Origin: Micromonospora sp.
Lineage (GTDB): Bacteria > Actinomycetota > Actinomycetes > Mycobacteriales > Micromonosporaceae
Reading direction: 5' to 3'
Assembly (NCBI GenBank): GCA_036563645.1
Contig: DATCMA010000056.1
Location: 9,898-73,897, forward strand
Length of the DNA stretch: 64,000 nucleotides
Shown here: in pieces, positions 47,605 to 56,159 of the stretch
How the letters are laid out: every line of letters begins with the position of its first letter
Position numbering within the stretch: the first letter of the stretch is position 1
Program-made: the position numbers and the translations under genes
The notes under the pieces: model-generated
The model's input: only the letters and a program-made list of their open reading frames with translations
Database searches by the model: none
Told to the model about the DNA's origin: nothing

Positions 47605-48605
47605 CGGGTACCTACCGGTCGGCTCAGCGGACGGACCGAGACCTGCCGCAGGCGGCGGACCGCGCCCACGGCCACCCCGGCGGCCGTGGCGAGCTGGGTC
47701 ACCAGGTGCGCCACGAAGAAGGCCGGGAGGAAGGACCAGCCCCGTTCCCGGCGGACGAAGGAGAACAGCCCGGGATCGGCGACCGCGAAGAGCGCCACGA
47801 ACGCGAGGGGGACGACGGCCAGCGCGGGCCCGACGGCGATGAGAGGCAGGGTCGCGACTGCGGCGGTGCCGCCGATGAGCCCAGCGGCGGGGTTGACCAC
47901 GACCCCTCCGTCCGCCAGCCGGTGTCGTCCGGCGAACCCGGCGAGCGGAAGCGAGCGCCGGTACTGCTCCCGCACCATGGCGATGAAGCCGGCGCAGTCG
48001 TCGTGCCGGCCGACGACGGTGTCCGTCAGCCGGATCGTCGTCACCCGCGCGAGCCGGTCGCTGTATTCGACGTCCTCGGCGTCCCGCAGGGCCTCGTTGA
48101 ACGGACCCGCGGCGAAGAACACCGACCGGCGGATCGCCGCCAGGGCGAAGATGGCGGTGCGGACCCGGCCGACGCTGCGCCGCCGCCACCAGTGCGCGTG
48201 CAGGACCTTGTAGTGCTCAACCCAGCCGTCGTCGAACAGCGGACGGGTGTCGTAGGTGCCGTGGACGCACCCGCAGGAGGGGTCGTCGCGGAGAATGCGC
48301 ACGGCGTTGGCGATCGCGTCGGGACGCAGCGCCACGTCCGAGTCGACGAAGAACAGCACCTCTCCCCGGGCCTCCCGGGCGCCGCGGTTGCGCGCCGCGG
48401 AGACACCTCGGTTGCCGCCAGTCGTGATGAGGCGGCACGGATAGCGGGCGGCGATCTTTCGCGATTCGTCGGTGGACCCATCATCGACCACGATCACCTC
48501 ATACGGCGCGTATGTCTGCGCGAAGATGGCGTCCAGGCACGCGCCGAGGGTTTTCGCGTAGTTGTAGTTGGGAACGATCACCGACACCGTCGGTTCATGG
48601 CCCAT
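47601..48605 (-). CDS. glycosyltransferase family 2 (paralog of 42050..43090)
   Basis: VSVIVPNYNYAKTLGACLDAIFAQTYAPYEVIVVDDGSTDES..FFVDSDV.. ATG 48605 after AAGGGAGAAGG. Confidence 0.9.
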   Translation of the reverse strand: MGHEPTVSVIVPNYNYAKTLGACLDAIFAQTYAPYEVIVVDDGSTDESRKIAARYPCRLITTGGNRGVSAARNRGAREARGEVLFFVDSDVALRPDAIANAVRILRDDPSCGCVHGTYDTRPLFDDGWVEHYKVLHAHWWRRRSVGRVRTAIFALAAIRRSVFFAAGPFNEALRDAEDVEYSDRLARVTTIRLTDTVVGRHDDCAGFIAMVREQYRRSLPLAGFAGRHRLADGGVVVNPAAGLIGGTAAVATLPLIAVGPALAVVPLAFVALFAVADPGLFSFVRRERGWSFLPAFFVAHLVTQLATAAGVAVGAVRRLRQVSVRPLSRPVGTR

Positions 48606-48849
48606 CCGGCCTTCTCCCTTCGCTGACATCTCGACGTCCCCGAGAGCGCGTTCTTTTGCGGGACATCGACTCGGGCTTGTCGGTGAGCGACGTTAGGGGC
48701 CGCGGGGAGAAGGGCCAAGGTGGCGACCGCGGAAAGGCGAACGGGTTGTCGGCCAAGGTCGCATTCTCCGCTACGACTATCGGCGCACCCCGGGTGCCCT
48801 TGGGTGACGATTCCTACGCCCATCGCCGCACGTCAGGCGTGGGACAGCC

Positions 48850-48892
48850 AAAAAACGAAAACTCCCCGGCCCGTGCGGTACCGGGGAGTTTT
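48850..48892 (-). terminator. rho-independent terminator (minus strand)
   Basis: aaaactccccgg / ccggggagtttt, a 12-bp perfect stem at 48858-48892. On the minus strand it is followed by cgTTTTTT. Lies 12 nt after the stop of ORF 48904..49089. Confidence 0.7.
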
Positions 48893-48903
48893 CGTGAGAT
48901 CTG

Positions 48904-49089
48904 CTATGTGAGTCGCATCAGGGGAATGAGCATCGGGGGATAGTTGTCCGCGATTCCCGTAACCAGTCGGTCGAACGCGGTTCCCGGCGGCTTTCCACCA
49001 CCCCTTCGGTGCCGTCGCTCCTCACGACCCCGTCCCCTATCCGGGATCGTCGCCAATTGACTTTCGGCGACCGCGTTGCTTTTCTGCAT
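48904..49089 (-). CDS. small hypothetical protein, 61 aa (or a leadered small RNA)
   Basis: AGGAG 6 nt before ATG 49089 and a strong terminator just after the stop. Third-position G/C is only about two thirds by my hand count, far below neighbouring genes. Arg/Gly-rich middle. No family recognised. Confidence 0.4.
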   Translation of the reverse strand: MQKSNAVAESQLATIPDRGRGREERRHRRGGGKPPGTAFDRLVTGIADNYPPMLIPLMRLT

Positions 49090-49223
49090 TATTCACTCCT
49101 TTCGTACGAAGGAATAGCCCAACGTCGGGATCGACGAATCGCCCGGCCGATGTGGGTAGGACGGGCTCGGCGACACGCGGGATCCGAAATGAGCGACCTG
49201 AGGAGAGAATTCGCACGAAGCGG

Positions 49224-49946
49224 CTACACGTCGGCCATGCGCAATTCGGCGAGGTCGCTCCATCGGCCGGCCTGCGCGGCCAGGCCGAGTTTGCGGTACG
49301 CCTCCACGAGCTCCTCACACGCGAACCAGTCGTAGGGGTCGATCTCGAGCGCCCGCTCTGACCACTCGATGACCGCCCACGGGTCGCCGGCGGCGCGCGC
49401 CCGCTCGATCAAGAACTGCACGGCGCGCAGCGCCGCGCTGCGTAACCGCTCCCGGTGCTCGAGGATCCACGGCGCGTCCTCGGCGGGCAGCAGGGTGCCC
49501 CCGTAGTGGTGAAGTGCCCGCCGATAGTGCGCGCCGGCGGCGTCCAGATCCCGGGCGCCGCGCGCCGCGTCGCCGGCACGCATCGCGTGCAGGAAGTCGT
49601 CGACGTCGGTGCGAAGGCCGTCCCCGGTCAACACGTACCCGTCGCGGGTACAGCGCAACTCGACCGGCGCCCCCGCGTCCACGAGGGGGCGCAGCACCCG
49701 TCGCACCCCGTGGACCGCGGCCTTGACCGATGTCGCTCCTGCCGGCGGTACCAGGTGTGGCCACAGCTCAGCCCGCAGGCGGTCGCGATGCACCGGGCGA
49801 TCGCGGTGCAACACGAGGTATTGGAAGAGTGCCCGGGACCTGCCCGCCCGCCACGCGGTGACCGGTCGGCCCTGCACCGTTAACCGGAAGCCGCCCAACA
49901 GGACGGCGTACGCCGACACGTTGTCGCGGAAAACGACGGGGTTCAC
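49224..49946 (-). CDS. small SARP-family regulator (OmpR-type winged helix + BTAD)
   Basis: ..YAVLLGGFRLTVQGRPVTAWRAGRSRALFQYLVLHRDRPVHRDRLRAELWP.. then BTAD ..DVDDFLHAMRAGD..YRRALHHYGGTLLP.. Confidence 0.85.
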   Translation of the reverse strand: MNPVVFRDNVSAYAVLLGGFRLTVQGRPVTAWRAGRSRALFQYLVLHRDRPVHRDRLRAELWPHLVPPAGATSVKAAVHGVRRVLRPLVDAGAPVELRCTRDGYVLTGDGLRTDVDDFLHAMRAGDAARGARDLDAAGAHYRRALHHYGGTLLPAEDAPWILEHRERLRSAALRAVQFLIERARAAGDPWAVIEWSERALEIDPYDWFACEELVEAYRKLGLAAQAGRWSDLAELRMADV

Positions 49947-49948
49947 GT

Positions 49949-50058
49949 CCGTCGTAGCCGAGTATCACCAATCCCCAGGCGGCGATCCCGAAACCCACGA
50001 GCGGGATAACCCAGTGCTCGGCGAGGTACGAGATATAGACGGTGATCCCTTGTATCAC
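49949..50058 (-). CDS. tiny hydrophobic protein (about 37 codons look coding; end uncertain)
   Basis: GTGA-coupled to the upstream gene. MIQGITVYISYLAEHWVIPLVGFGIAAWGLVILGYDG has high GC3. The rest of track ORF 49768..50058 runs through the SARP gene with poor codon usage. Confidence 0.3.
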
Positions 50059-50411
50059 GTGCGCTCCGGGGAACAGGACATGCGCGCGGTTCCGTCAAAC
50101 CAGGGGTAGACCCGAGTTCCGGTGACGTGGAGGGCGCGCTGCCTGGGTGCGGGTGGCACCTGAACGTACCGTCTCTCCGCAGACTCTGGCGAAATCACGC
50201 ATTGGGGCTCGTCCGTCCTGCTGGAGCTGGTGAGGCAAATCGGTCCCGCCTCACTCTTCCAGGTGTGCCCGTCCGCGCTCGGTGCCCACAGGGTGGAGAA
50301 CACGAACAGCACACATGCACCAGCGAGAGTGGCGCCGAACACGACCAGGATGCGGCCGAGAATCGTGGCACGCCGCGAGCGGGCTGTCGACATCGTGCTT
50401 CCACTCATCAT
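50055..50411 (-). CDS. hypothetical single-pass membrane protein (118 aa)
   Basis: ATGA-coupled to the upstream gene. TM helix ILGRILVVFGATLAGACVLFVFSTLW. Three Cys in the ectodomain. Confidence 0.5.
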   Translation of the reverse strand: MMSGSTMSTARSRRATILGRILVVFGATLAGACVLFVFSTLWAPSADGHTWKSEAGPICLTSSSRTDEPQCVISPESAERRYVQVPPAPRQRALHVTGTRVYPWFDGTARMSCSPERT

Positions 50412-51042
50412 TGCCGAGTGTGGGGGTAAGACGCGGTCTCGCCACGTCTTCCCAATAAGCCAGAAGTGGCCTGGGCAGCCCTGGCGATGACCTCATCACG
50501 TTTCGGGTCACCGGTGAGGTGGCCGGTGTGGGCCAACGCAGCGGTGCAATCCGCAATGGAGTGAACGTCAAGGCATTCAACAGCGGCAAGAGCCCGGGCG
50601 AAGTAGTCGCGGTATACGGGTTGGCTGAGCAGCGCGCGCGGAGGCTCGCCCCCCATCTCGGTCAACGCCATTCCGATGTTGTGGAACACATCCGCACACC
50701 CGCGCACCCCTGCCCAATCGCCCGTCAGTGGCTTGACAATGGCTTCGTATGGGTCGTATGGCCGGTCACAGACGCCCAGCTCGGTAGCCAACACGGTCTC
50801 TTCCGAGAGGTCGACCTGCCCACCGCGGAGCGTGGCATCGAGCCTGGCAGCCGTCTGCCTGTCAGTCGATTCGTAATAGCTGATGGCCTGGCGCACGGCG
50901 TCGCTTGTCCGGGCGACGTATTTCGTGATGGACTCGAGGAAGAAACGCAGATAATCGGTAGGGCTCTGGCGTCCTCCCAGTGCCGGTCGAGCAGCCGAGG
51001 CAAGCCTTGCAGGCCCGCAGGGTCAACCCGAAAACCCGTCAC
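50408..51042 (-). pseudogene. hypothetical helical protein (about 211 aa) with an apparent -1 nt indel near 50954-50960
   Basis: GTG 51042 after GGGAGAGAG: MTGFRVDPAGLQGLPRLLDRHWEDARALP. It continues in another frame: DYLRFFLESITKYVARTSDAVRQAISYYESTDRQTAARLDATL..PLTGDWAGVRG.. Weak resemblance to ESX/T7SS-associated helical proteins only. Confidence 0.5.
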
Positions 51043-51396
51043 GCCACTCTCTCCCGCACGCGATTCTCCCTAGGCGCGCACGCTACCGCAGCTGAGCAAC
51101 CTTTGCATGTTTGGATTTCACGAGATCCGTGATCATACGGTCTGCTCCGCAGCGGCATCCGGGCGTTCCTCCGCGCTGGCCCTCTGCCGGACCGCGGTCA
51201 ATCGATTCACGACGGACGAACCGATGTGCGGTCCACCCAATCCACAGATTGCTCGGGGCTCGGAGGAGCAGGAGACCACGTCCCGCATACGGGGCCGGTC
51301 TCATTGGCAGGCGGACGGCTCCCTCGGTATGCCGACTCGCTCAGGGAGCGTCACTCCGGCACGTTCTCACCCGAGCGCGATGACCGATAGCGGCGC

Positions 51397-51435
51397 ACAT
51401 GCGAACGGGGCCTCCGCGGAGGCCCCGTTCGCATG
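51397..51435 (-). terminator. long perfect palindrome abutting the tRNA 3' end
   Basis: acatgcgaacggggcctccg|cggaggccccgttcgcatg, arms of about 19 bp. Confidence 0.55.
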
Positions 51436-51522
51436 TGGTGTCCGAGGGGGGACTTGAACCCCCACGCCCTATACGGGCACTAGCACCTCAAGCTAGCGCG
51501 TCTGCCATTCCGCCACCCGGAC
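51436..51522 (-). tRNA. tRNA-Leu (anticodon GAG), type II with long variable arm, CCA encoded
   Basis: Folded by hand. Acceptor GTCCGGG/CTCGGAC, anticodon stem CTAGC/GCTAG with loop TTGAGGT, variable arm TGCCCGTATAGGGCGT, T-arm GGGGG-TTCAAGT-CCCCC, then A-CCA. Confidence 0.9.
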
Positions 51523-51929
51523 ATGGACGACTACCACCAGGCTAGATGATGTAGCGCCACGACGCCATCATCTCTCGGCCGCCTGGCGGGCCGCACGGAC
51601 CACAACTGTACACCGCATCGCCGAGTTCCGCACATCCACCCCACGCGTGTGGCACATGTCAGTCACAAACTACGCATTTCGGCATGAATTTCCACGAGGA
51701 GTGGGTGCCGCGCCCGGCACCCGCGGCCGGACCGCCGTCTTCCCCTAGCCGATCGGCGGCCCACGATGGCCACAGCCCGGCTGGCCGGGGTGTGCCGATA
51801 GGCTCACAATTCCAGAGGAGCGCCGTCGCTCAGGCGGGCTGTATCGACTGATATGCGTCGCGTGAGCGATGCTCATCATGTCCCCTCACGGACTGGCGAA
51901 GCACGTCCTCGATATCGGAGCATGACCCC

Positions 51930-53300
51930 GTGTCCCAGCAGTCCTCGCTAACGGCCGTACAGCGCCACGCTCAGGCATTGCGCGATTCCGGGAACCTGCC
52001 CGCGGCCCGTGCCTACCTCGAGCGCGCACTCGAATCCGCCCGGCCCGCCTTCGGTGAGGATCACCCGGAGGTACTCGCCGCCGCGCACCAGTTGGCGAAG
52101 CTGCATCGGGAAGCTGACGATCTCATGGCGGCCCGCCGCACCCTCGAACAGGCGATCGCCGCCGGTGAGCGCCGCCGGGGTTTCTCCGACCCCCTGATGG
52201 TGTCGCTCTGCTACGAACTGGGCGCGGTCGCTGAGGAGCTCGGCAACCGGCACGAGGCCCGCAAGAACTTCACGCGGGTGACCACCTACGGCCCCGCCGT
52301 CCTCGGCGACGACCACTGGCAGGTCCGAGCGGCGCGGGAATACCTCGGTGAGGCGCGGACTGAGGCCGCCCCACGGCCGTCGACGCCGCCGGAGACGGCG
52401 CAGTCCGGAACGTCGGTGGCCCCGCCGCCGGTGAGCTCGACGTCCGCGCTGGAGGAGCCCACCACCGTCCTGCCGATCGCGTCACCCGTGGCCACCCCAC
52501 CCGCCGATGACACGACGCCCGCCCGCGACGCGGCGCCCACGGTTCCCCTCCAGCGGGAGGCCAGCCCGGCCACCGAGTCGACCGCGGCTGCTCCCCAGAC
52601 CGCCCCGACGACAACGCCGACGGTCGCCCCGCACGCCCCGGCTGATCAGGGCGCTGCGCAGCGGGGGCCCGAGGTCACGCAGGCCGCCTCCCACCACGCC
52701 CCATCGCCGGCGCCGATGGAGGGCGAATCCCACCCGCAGGTGGGCGTGGAGCCGGTGTCGCCGCGGCTCACGTACCCGGTGAGCACCGACACGGCGGAGC
52801 CGGCCCCCTACCCGAGCTTCCAGTACCCCGTCGTCGCGCCGCAGCCGGCGCCGCCGACCCCACCGGCTCCGCCCGCGTCCCGCGGGCGCGGGCTGACCAT
52901 CGCCGTGGCGGTCGTCGCGGGTATCGCCGCGGTGGCCGCGACGTTCGCCGGGATCGCGGTGCTCCTCAAGGACGGGGACGAGGCGCCACCGAGCCCTCCC
53001 GGGCCCGTGTTGGCTGGGGATCCCCCCACCGACCTCCAGCTCCGCGATGACGGATCCACGATCACGCTGACCTGGAAGGACCCCTCCCCCGGCACCGTGC
53101 CGTTCATCGTGGCCGGCGGCCGGGCAGGGCAGTCCTTGAGCGCGATGGCCACCGTCAACGCGGGTGAGACCAGCTACACCATCAACGGGCTCAGTCCGCG
53201 GCTGGACTACTGCTTCACCGTGCTCGCCGTGTACTCCGCGGACCGCTATGCGACATCTGGTCAGGTGTGCACCAATCGGTCGGCTCGTAACCCCGACTGA
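51930..53300 (+). CDS. TPR - Pro-rich linker - TM - fibronectin type III domain protein
   Basis: N-terminal TPR-like helices (..ARAYLERALESARPAFGEDHPEVLAAAHQLAKLH..). TM LTIAVAVVAGIAAVAATFAGIAVLL. C-terminal FN3 (..LTWKDPSPG..YTINGLSPRLDYCFTV..). Confidence 0.8.
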   Translation: MSQQSSLTAVQRHAQALRDSGNLPAARAYLERALESARPAFGEDHPEVLAAAHQLAKLHREADDLMAARRTLEQAIAAGERRRGFSDPLMVSLCYELGAVAEELGNRHEARKNFTRVTTYGPAVLGDDHWQVRAAREYLGEARTEAAPRPSTPPETAQSGTSVAPPPVSSTSALEEPTTVLPIASPVATPPADDTTPARDAAPTVPLQREASPATESTAAAPQTAPTTTPTVAPHAPADQGAAQRGPEVTQAASHHAPSPAPMEGESHPQVGVEPVSPRLTYPVSTDTAEPAPYPSFQYPVVAPQPAPPTPPAPPASRGRGLTIAVAVVAGIAAVAATFAGIAVLLKDGDEAPPSPPGPVLAGDPPTDLQLRDDGSTITLTWKDPSPGTVPFIVAGGRAGQSLSAMATVNAGETSYTINGLSPRLDYCFTVLAVYSADRYATSGQVCTNRSARNPD

Positions 53301-53472
53301 GGACGAAATTCGTATCCCTATATCCCTTTCCAACACCGTCCACTAAGAGGTCAATTTCGACACAGAGTCGTCCATAGGTCGCGGTTGTCGCTGTCCACAC
53401 TCGCCCTGGCCACCCCGGCCCGTTGAAGGCAGGCCATATCATGGCTCCCGGTTTTTCGGCCGGGTACCGGCC

Positions 53473-56133
53473 ATGCCCAACAATCGCAGTCCCGAGATGG
53501 GTGGGAGGCGGCCGGCTGTGGTCAACCCAGGCAACGGCACCACAACCAGCACGACCAACGGCCAGGGCAAGCGGCGGCTCCGCAAGCGCGGCTGGCTCGT
53601 GACCGGTGGCACGGTCACCGCCCTGGTCGCCGCGATGGGATTGACTGTTCTCGGACTTGGCGCCACCGATAACGCCGTAGCCAGCTTTGACGCGAGCTCC
53701 TGGCTGTGGAGCGCGGTGAAGAGTGAGATGGCCCGGGTCAATGGCGTCACCGCCCGGGTCGACACCCGGCTGCGCGTGCCCAACGCCCACGGGCACGCCA
53801 TGCAGGTGAGCCAGACCGACCGGTTCCTCATCCTGCGCGATCTGTCCACCGGGCGGATCAGCTCGCTCGACCTCGCCACCCTGCAATTCACCGCCACGAT
53901 GCAGAGCACCGCGGGGCTCGGCGTCACGGTCGCTCTCCACGATGACGCGGCGTTCATCGTCGACGCGGTCCAGGGCGTTGTACGGCAGCTCGATCCGCGC
54001 ACGCTCAATCCGGTCGGAGAAGCCCTGCGGTTCCCACCCGGTATCACGGGCGGATTCTTCGACGGCACGGGCAAGCTCTGGGTGGCGGTGCCGAGTGAGG
54101 GCACGGTCACCGCGATCGCGCCGGCGTCGACCTCCTCGGAGAACACCGGGAGCCCGACGTCGGTTCGCACGGTCACGGTCGCTCCCCCTAGCAACGACCT
54201 CGTGCTGTCCGCATTGGACGACGGTGTCGCCGTGCTCAACCGCACATCGAACGCGCTCACCATCGTCCGCGATGAGGACCAACGCGACGTCCCCCTGTCC
54301 ATGGCGGGCCCCGGCGTCCTGCCGCCGCGGACCAACGGGGACCGCATCCCCGTCACCGTGCCCGACAACCGGGAGATCCTCGTCGTCGACGACAGCACGG
54401 TGCAGGAGCTGTCGGTACCCGGGGAAGGGACGCAGCTCAGCGCTGCCGTGGCCTGGGCGGGGCGCATCTACTGCGCTGACGACGCGACGGGCACCGTGTA
54501 CGCCTTCGACGAGACCGGCGCGCTGGTCGCGACGATCACCGTCCCGGGCGCCAACGGCCCGCTGGAGCTGGAGGTCCGCGAAAACCGCCTGTTCATCAAC
54601 GCGCCGAACTCGTCCACCGCACGCGTGATCGACGACCAGCACACGGTGCGGTCGGTCGACAAGTACGCCAACGACGTCCTCGGCGGGGAGACACCGCAGA
54701 CGCCTCCGCCACCGCCTCCGCCGAAGGAGCCTCCGGCCGACAAGCCGGGTGCACCCAGCAGCGTCACCGCCTCGGCCGGCGATGCGCGCGCCCGGGTGAG
54801 CTGGGGGCCGGCCCCGGCGAACGGCGCGCCGATTCTCCGGTACGTCATCCAGGGCGCGGGGAAGACCTTCGAGGTTGGCGCGAATCAACGCTCGCTGGAG
54901 ATCACTGGGCTGACCAACGGCGAGACCTACCGCTTCTCGGTCCACGCGGTCAACGCCAAGGGCGCGGGCCCGGCCCGGTGGAGCAACCCGGTGGTGCCCA
55001 CGGCTGAGGTGCCGGATCCGCCGGAGCGCGTGACGGCGACGGCACGCCCGGACGGCTCGGTGCAGGTGACGTGGCCGGCCGCGAACGGCCAGGGCAACCA
55101 CATCGTCAAGTACGCCGTGACCGCGGTCTCGGCCAAGGGGACCACGCCGGTGGGCGAGACGCCCAGCACGGAGCTGGTGATCAGCCCGGGAACGGTGGAG
55201 TACGGCAGGCAGTACGCCTTCACGGTCGTCTCCATCACCGACAAAGGCGCCGGCTCCAAGGAGTCCCCGCTGAGCAACACGGTGGTGCCGTTCACGGTCC
55301 CGAGCGCACCGCGCCAGCTGCGCGCCACCACCGTGGCCTCCGAACCGGGCGCGATCCGGGTGACGTGGGCGGCGGCGGCCGACAATGGACGGCCGATCCT
55401 CCGGTACGTGGTTGAGGCGGCCGGCCGGCGCGTCGAGGTCACCGACGATACCCGCGTCACGCTCACCGGCCTCGGCGACGGTAAAACGGTGACGGTCCGG
55501 GTCCACGCGGTCAACGAGGCGGGAGACGGCCCCGTCGCCACCGCCACCGCGCGGACCGTGGCGAAGCCGCAGGTCACCATCACCGGGGTCACGAGCACCT
55601 ACGGATCGGTGACGGTGAGCTTCACCGTGGACTCTGGTGGTGGCCAGGCCGAGTGCAGCGCCTCGATCTCCGGCGCGACGACGGCGAAGGGCAACTGCTC
55701 CAAGCTGACCGTCAGCGGCCTCAAGGCCAGCAGCAGTTACACGATCACGGTCAGCGCCACGAACGCCGCGGGCACGGCGACCGCCTCGCGCAAGGTGAGC
55801 ACGAGCACGTTGGTCGGGGTCGCGACCTGCGTCAACGGCTCCTCCGGCGACACGGCCACGTACTGCGACGCGGACGTGGATGGCCGCAACGGCAACGAGA
55901 TCTTCTCCGTGCCTCGGCAGGACAACAGCAAGCAGGTCGGATGGGCACGGCCTGGCACGAAGCTGACGGCCTACTGCAAGATCCGGGGCGAGGAGATCTA
56001 CGCCTACATCTACAACAACCACAAGCGCAGCACGTGGTGGCTGGAAGTGGAGTGGACGACGAAGCCCGCTTACATCCCGTGGGCGTGGCTCAACTTCGAC
56101 CCCGACGACATTGACGTCGTGCCCACCTGCTGA
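53473..56133 (+). CDS. membrane-anchored multi-FN3 protein with N-terminal beta-rich (propeller-like) region and Cys-containing C-terminal domain
   Basis: TM WLVTGGTVTALVAAMGLTVLGL. At least four FN3 repeats (..RVSWGPAPANGAPILRYVI..GETYRFSVHAVNAKGAG.. and similar). Poly-Pro hinge. Confidence 0.85.
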   Translation: MPNNRSPEMGGRRPAVVNPGNGTTTSTTNGQGKRRLRKRGWLVTGGTVTALVAAMGLTVLGLGATDNAVASFDASSWLWSAVKSEMARVNGVTARVDTRLRVPNAHGHAMQVSQTDRFLILRDLSTGRISSLDLATLQFTATMQSTAGLGVTVALHDDAAFIVDAVQGVVRQLDPRTLNPVGEALRFPPGITGGFFDGTGKLWVAVPSEGTVTAIAPASTSSENTGSPTSVRTVTVAPPSNDLVLSALDDGVAVLNRTSNALTIVRDEDQRDVPLSMAGPGVLPPRTNGDRIPVTVPDNREILVVDDSTVQELSVPGEGTQLSAAVAWAGRIYCADDATGTVYAFDETGALVATITVPGANGPLELEVRENRLFINAPNSSTARVIDDQHTVRSVDKYANDVLGGETPQTPPPPPPPKEPPADKPGAPSSVTASAGDARARVSWGPAPANGAPILRYVIQGAGKTFEVGANQRSLEITGLTNGETYRFSVHAVNAKGAGPARWSNPVVPTAEVPDPPERVTATARPDGSVQVTWPAANGQGNHIVKYAVTAVSAKGTTPVGETPSTELVISPGTVEYGRQYAFTVVSITDKGAGSKESPLSNTVVPFTVPSAPRQLRATTVASEPGAIRVTWAAAADNGRPILRYVVEAAGRRVEVTDDTRVTLTGLGDGKTVTVRVHAVNEAGDGPVATATARTVAKPQVTITGVTSTYGSVTVSFTVDSGGGQAECSASISGATTAKGNCSKLTVSGLKASSSYTITVSATNAAGTATASRKVSTSTLVGVATCVNGSSGDTATYCDADVDGRNGNEIFSVPRQDNSKQVGWARPGTKLTAYCKIRGEEIYAYIYNNHKRSTWWLEVEWTTKPAYIPWAWLNFDPDDIDVVPTC

Positions 56134-56159
56134 CCGCACGACCGCCGAGGAGCGTGACC

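Noticed and set aside
46030-48189. 719-aa minus-strand ORF that looks like a giant fusion protein
   Set aside because: It is a read-through artefact. Its upstream third is an alternate frame of the GT2 gene (Arg/Pro-rich, not protein-like). Its middle is the flippase-like gene, which loses its own stop through a 1-nt indel. Its end is the N-terminus of the aminotransferase, which has its own GGGAGG RBS and ATG at 46593.
48640-51436. tRNA-Leu-adjacent segment as an integrated mobile element or prophage remnant
   Set aside because: No integrase, excisionase, transposase or replication gene is present. I could not find a second copy of the tRNA 3' end (..ggggacttgaacc..) that would mark an att site. 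I keep it only as a compositionally atypical islet.
53215-56139. 974-aa minus-strand ORF, and similar long antisense or alternate-frame ORFs (e.g. 7628..9064-, 14778..16055+, 32662..34272-, 37664..39133-, 40127..41749-, 19952..21487-)
   Set aside because: These are typical high-GC shadow ORFs: Arg/Gly/Pro/Asp-dominated, with no motifs. Each is fully covered by a motif-rich gene on the other strand or in another frame.
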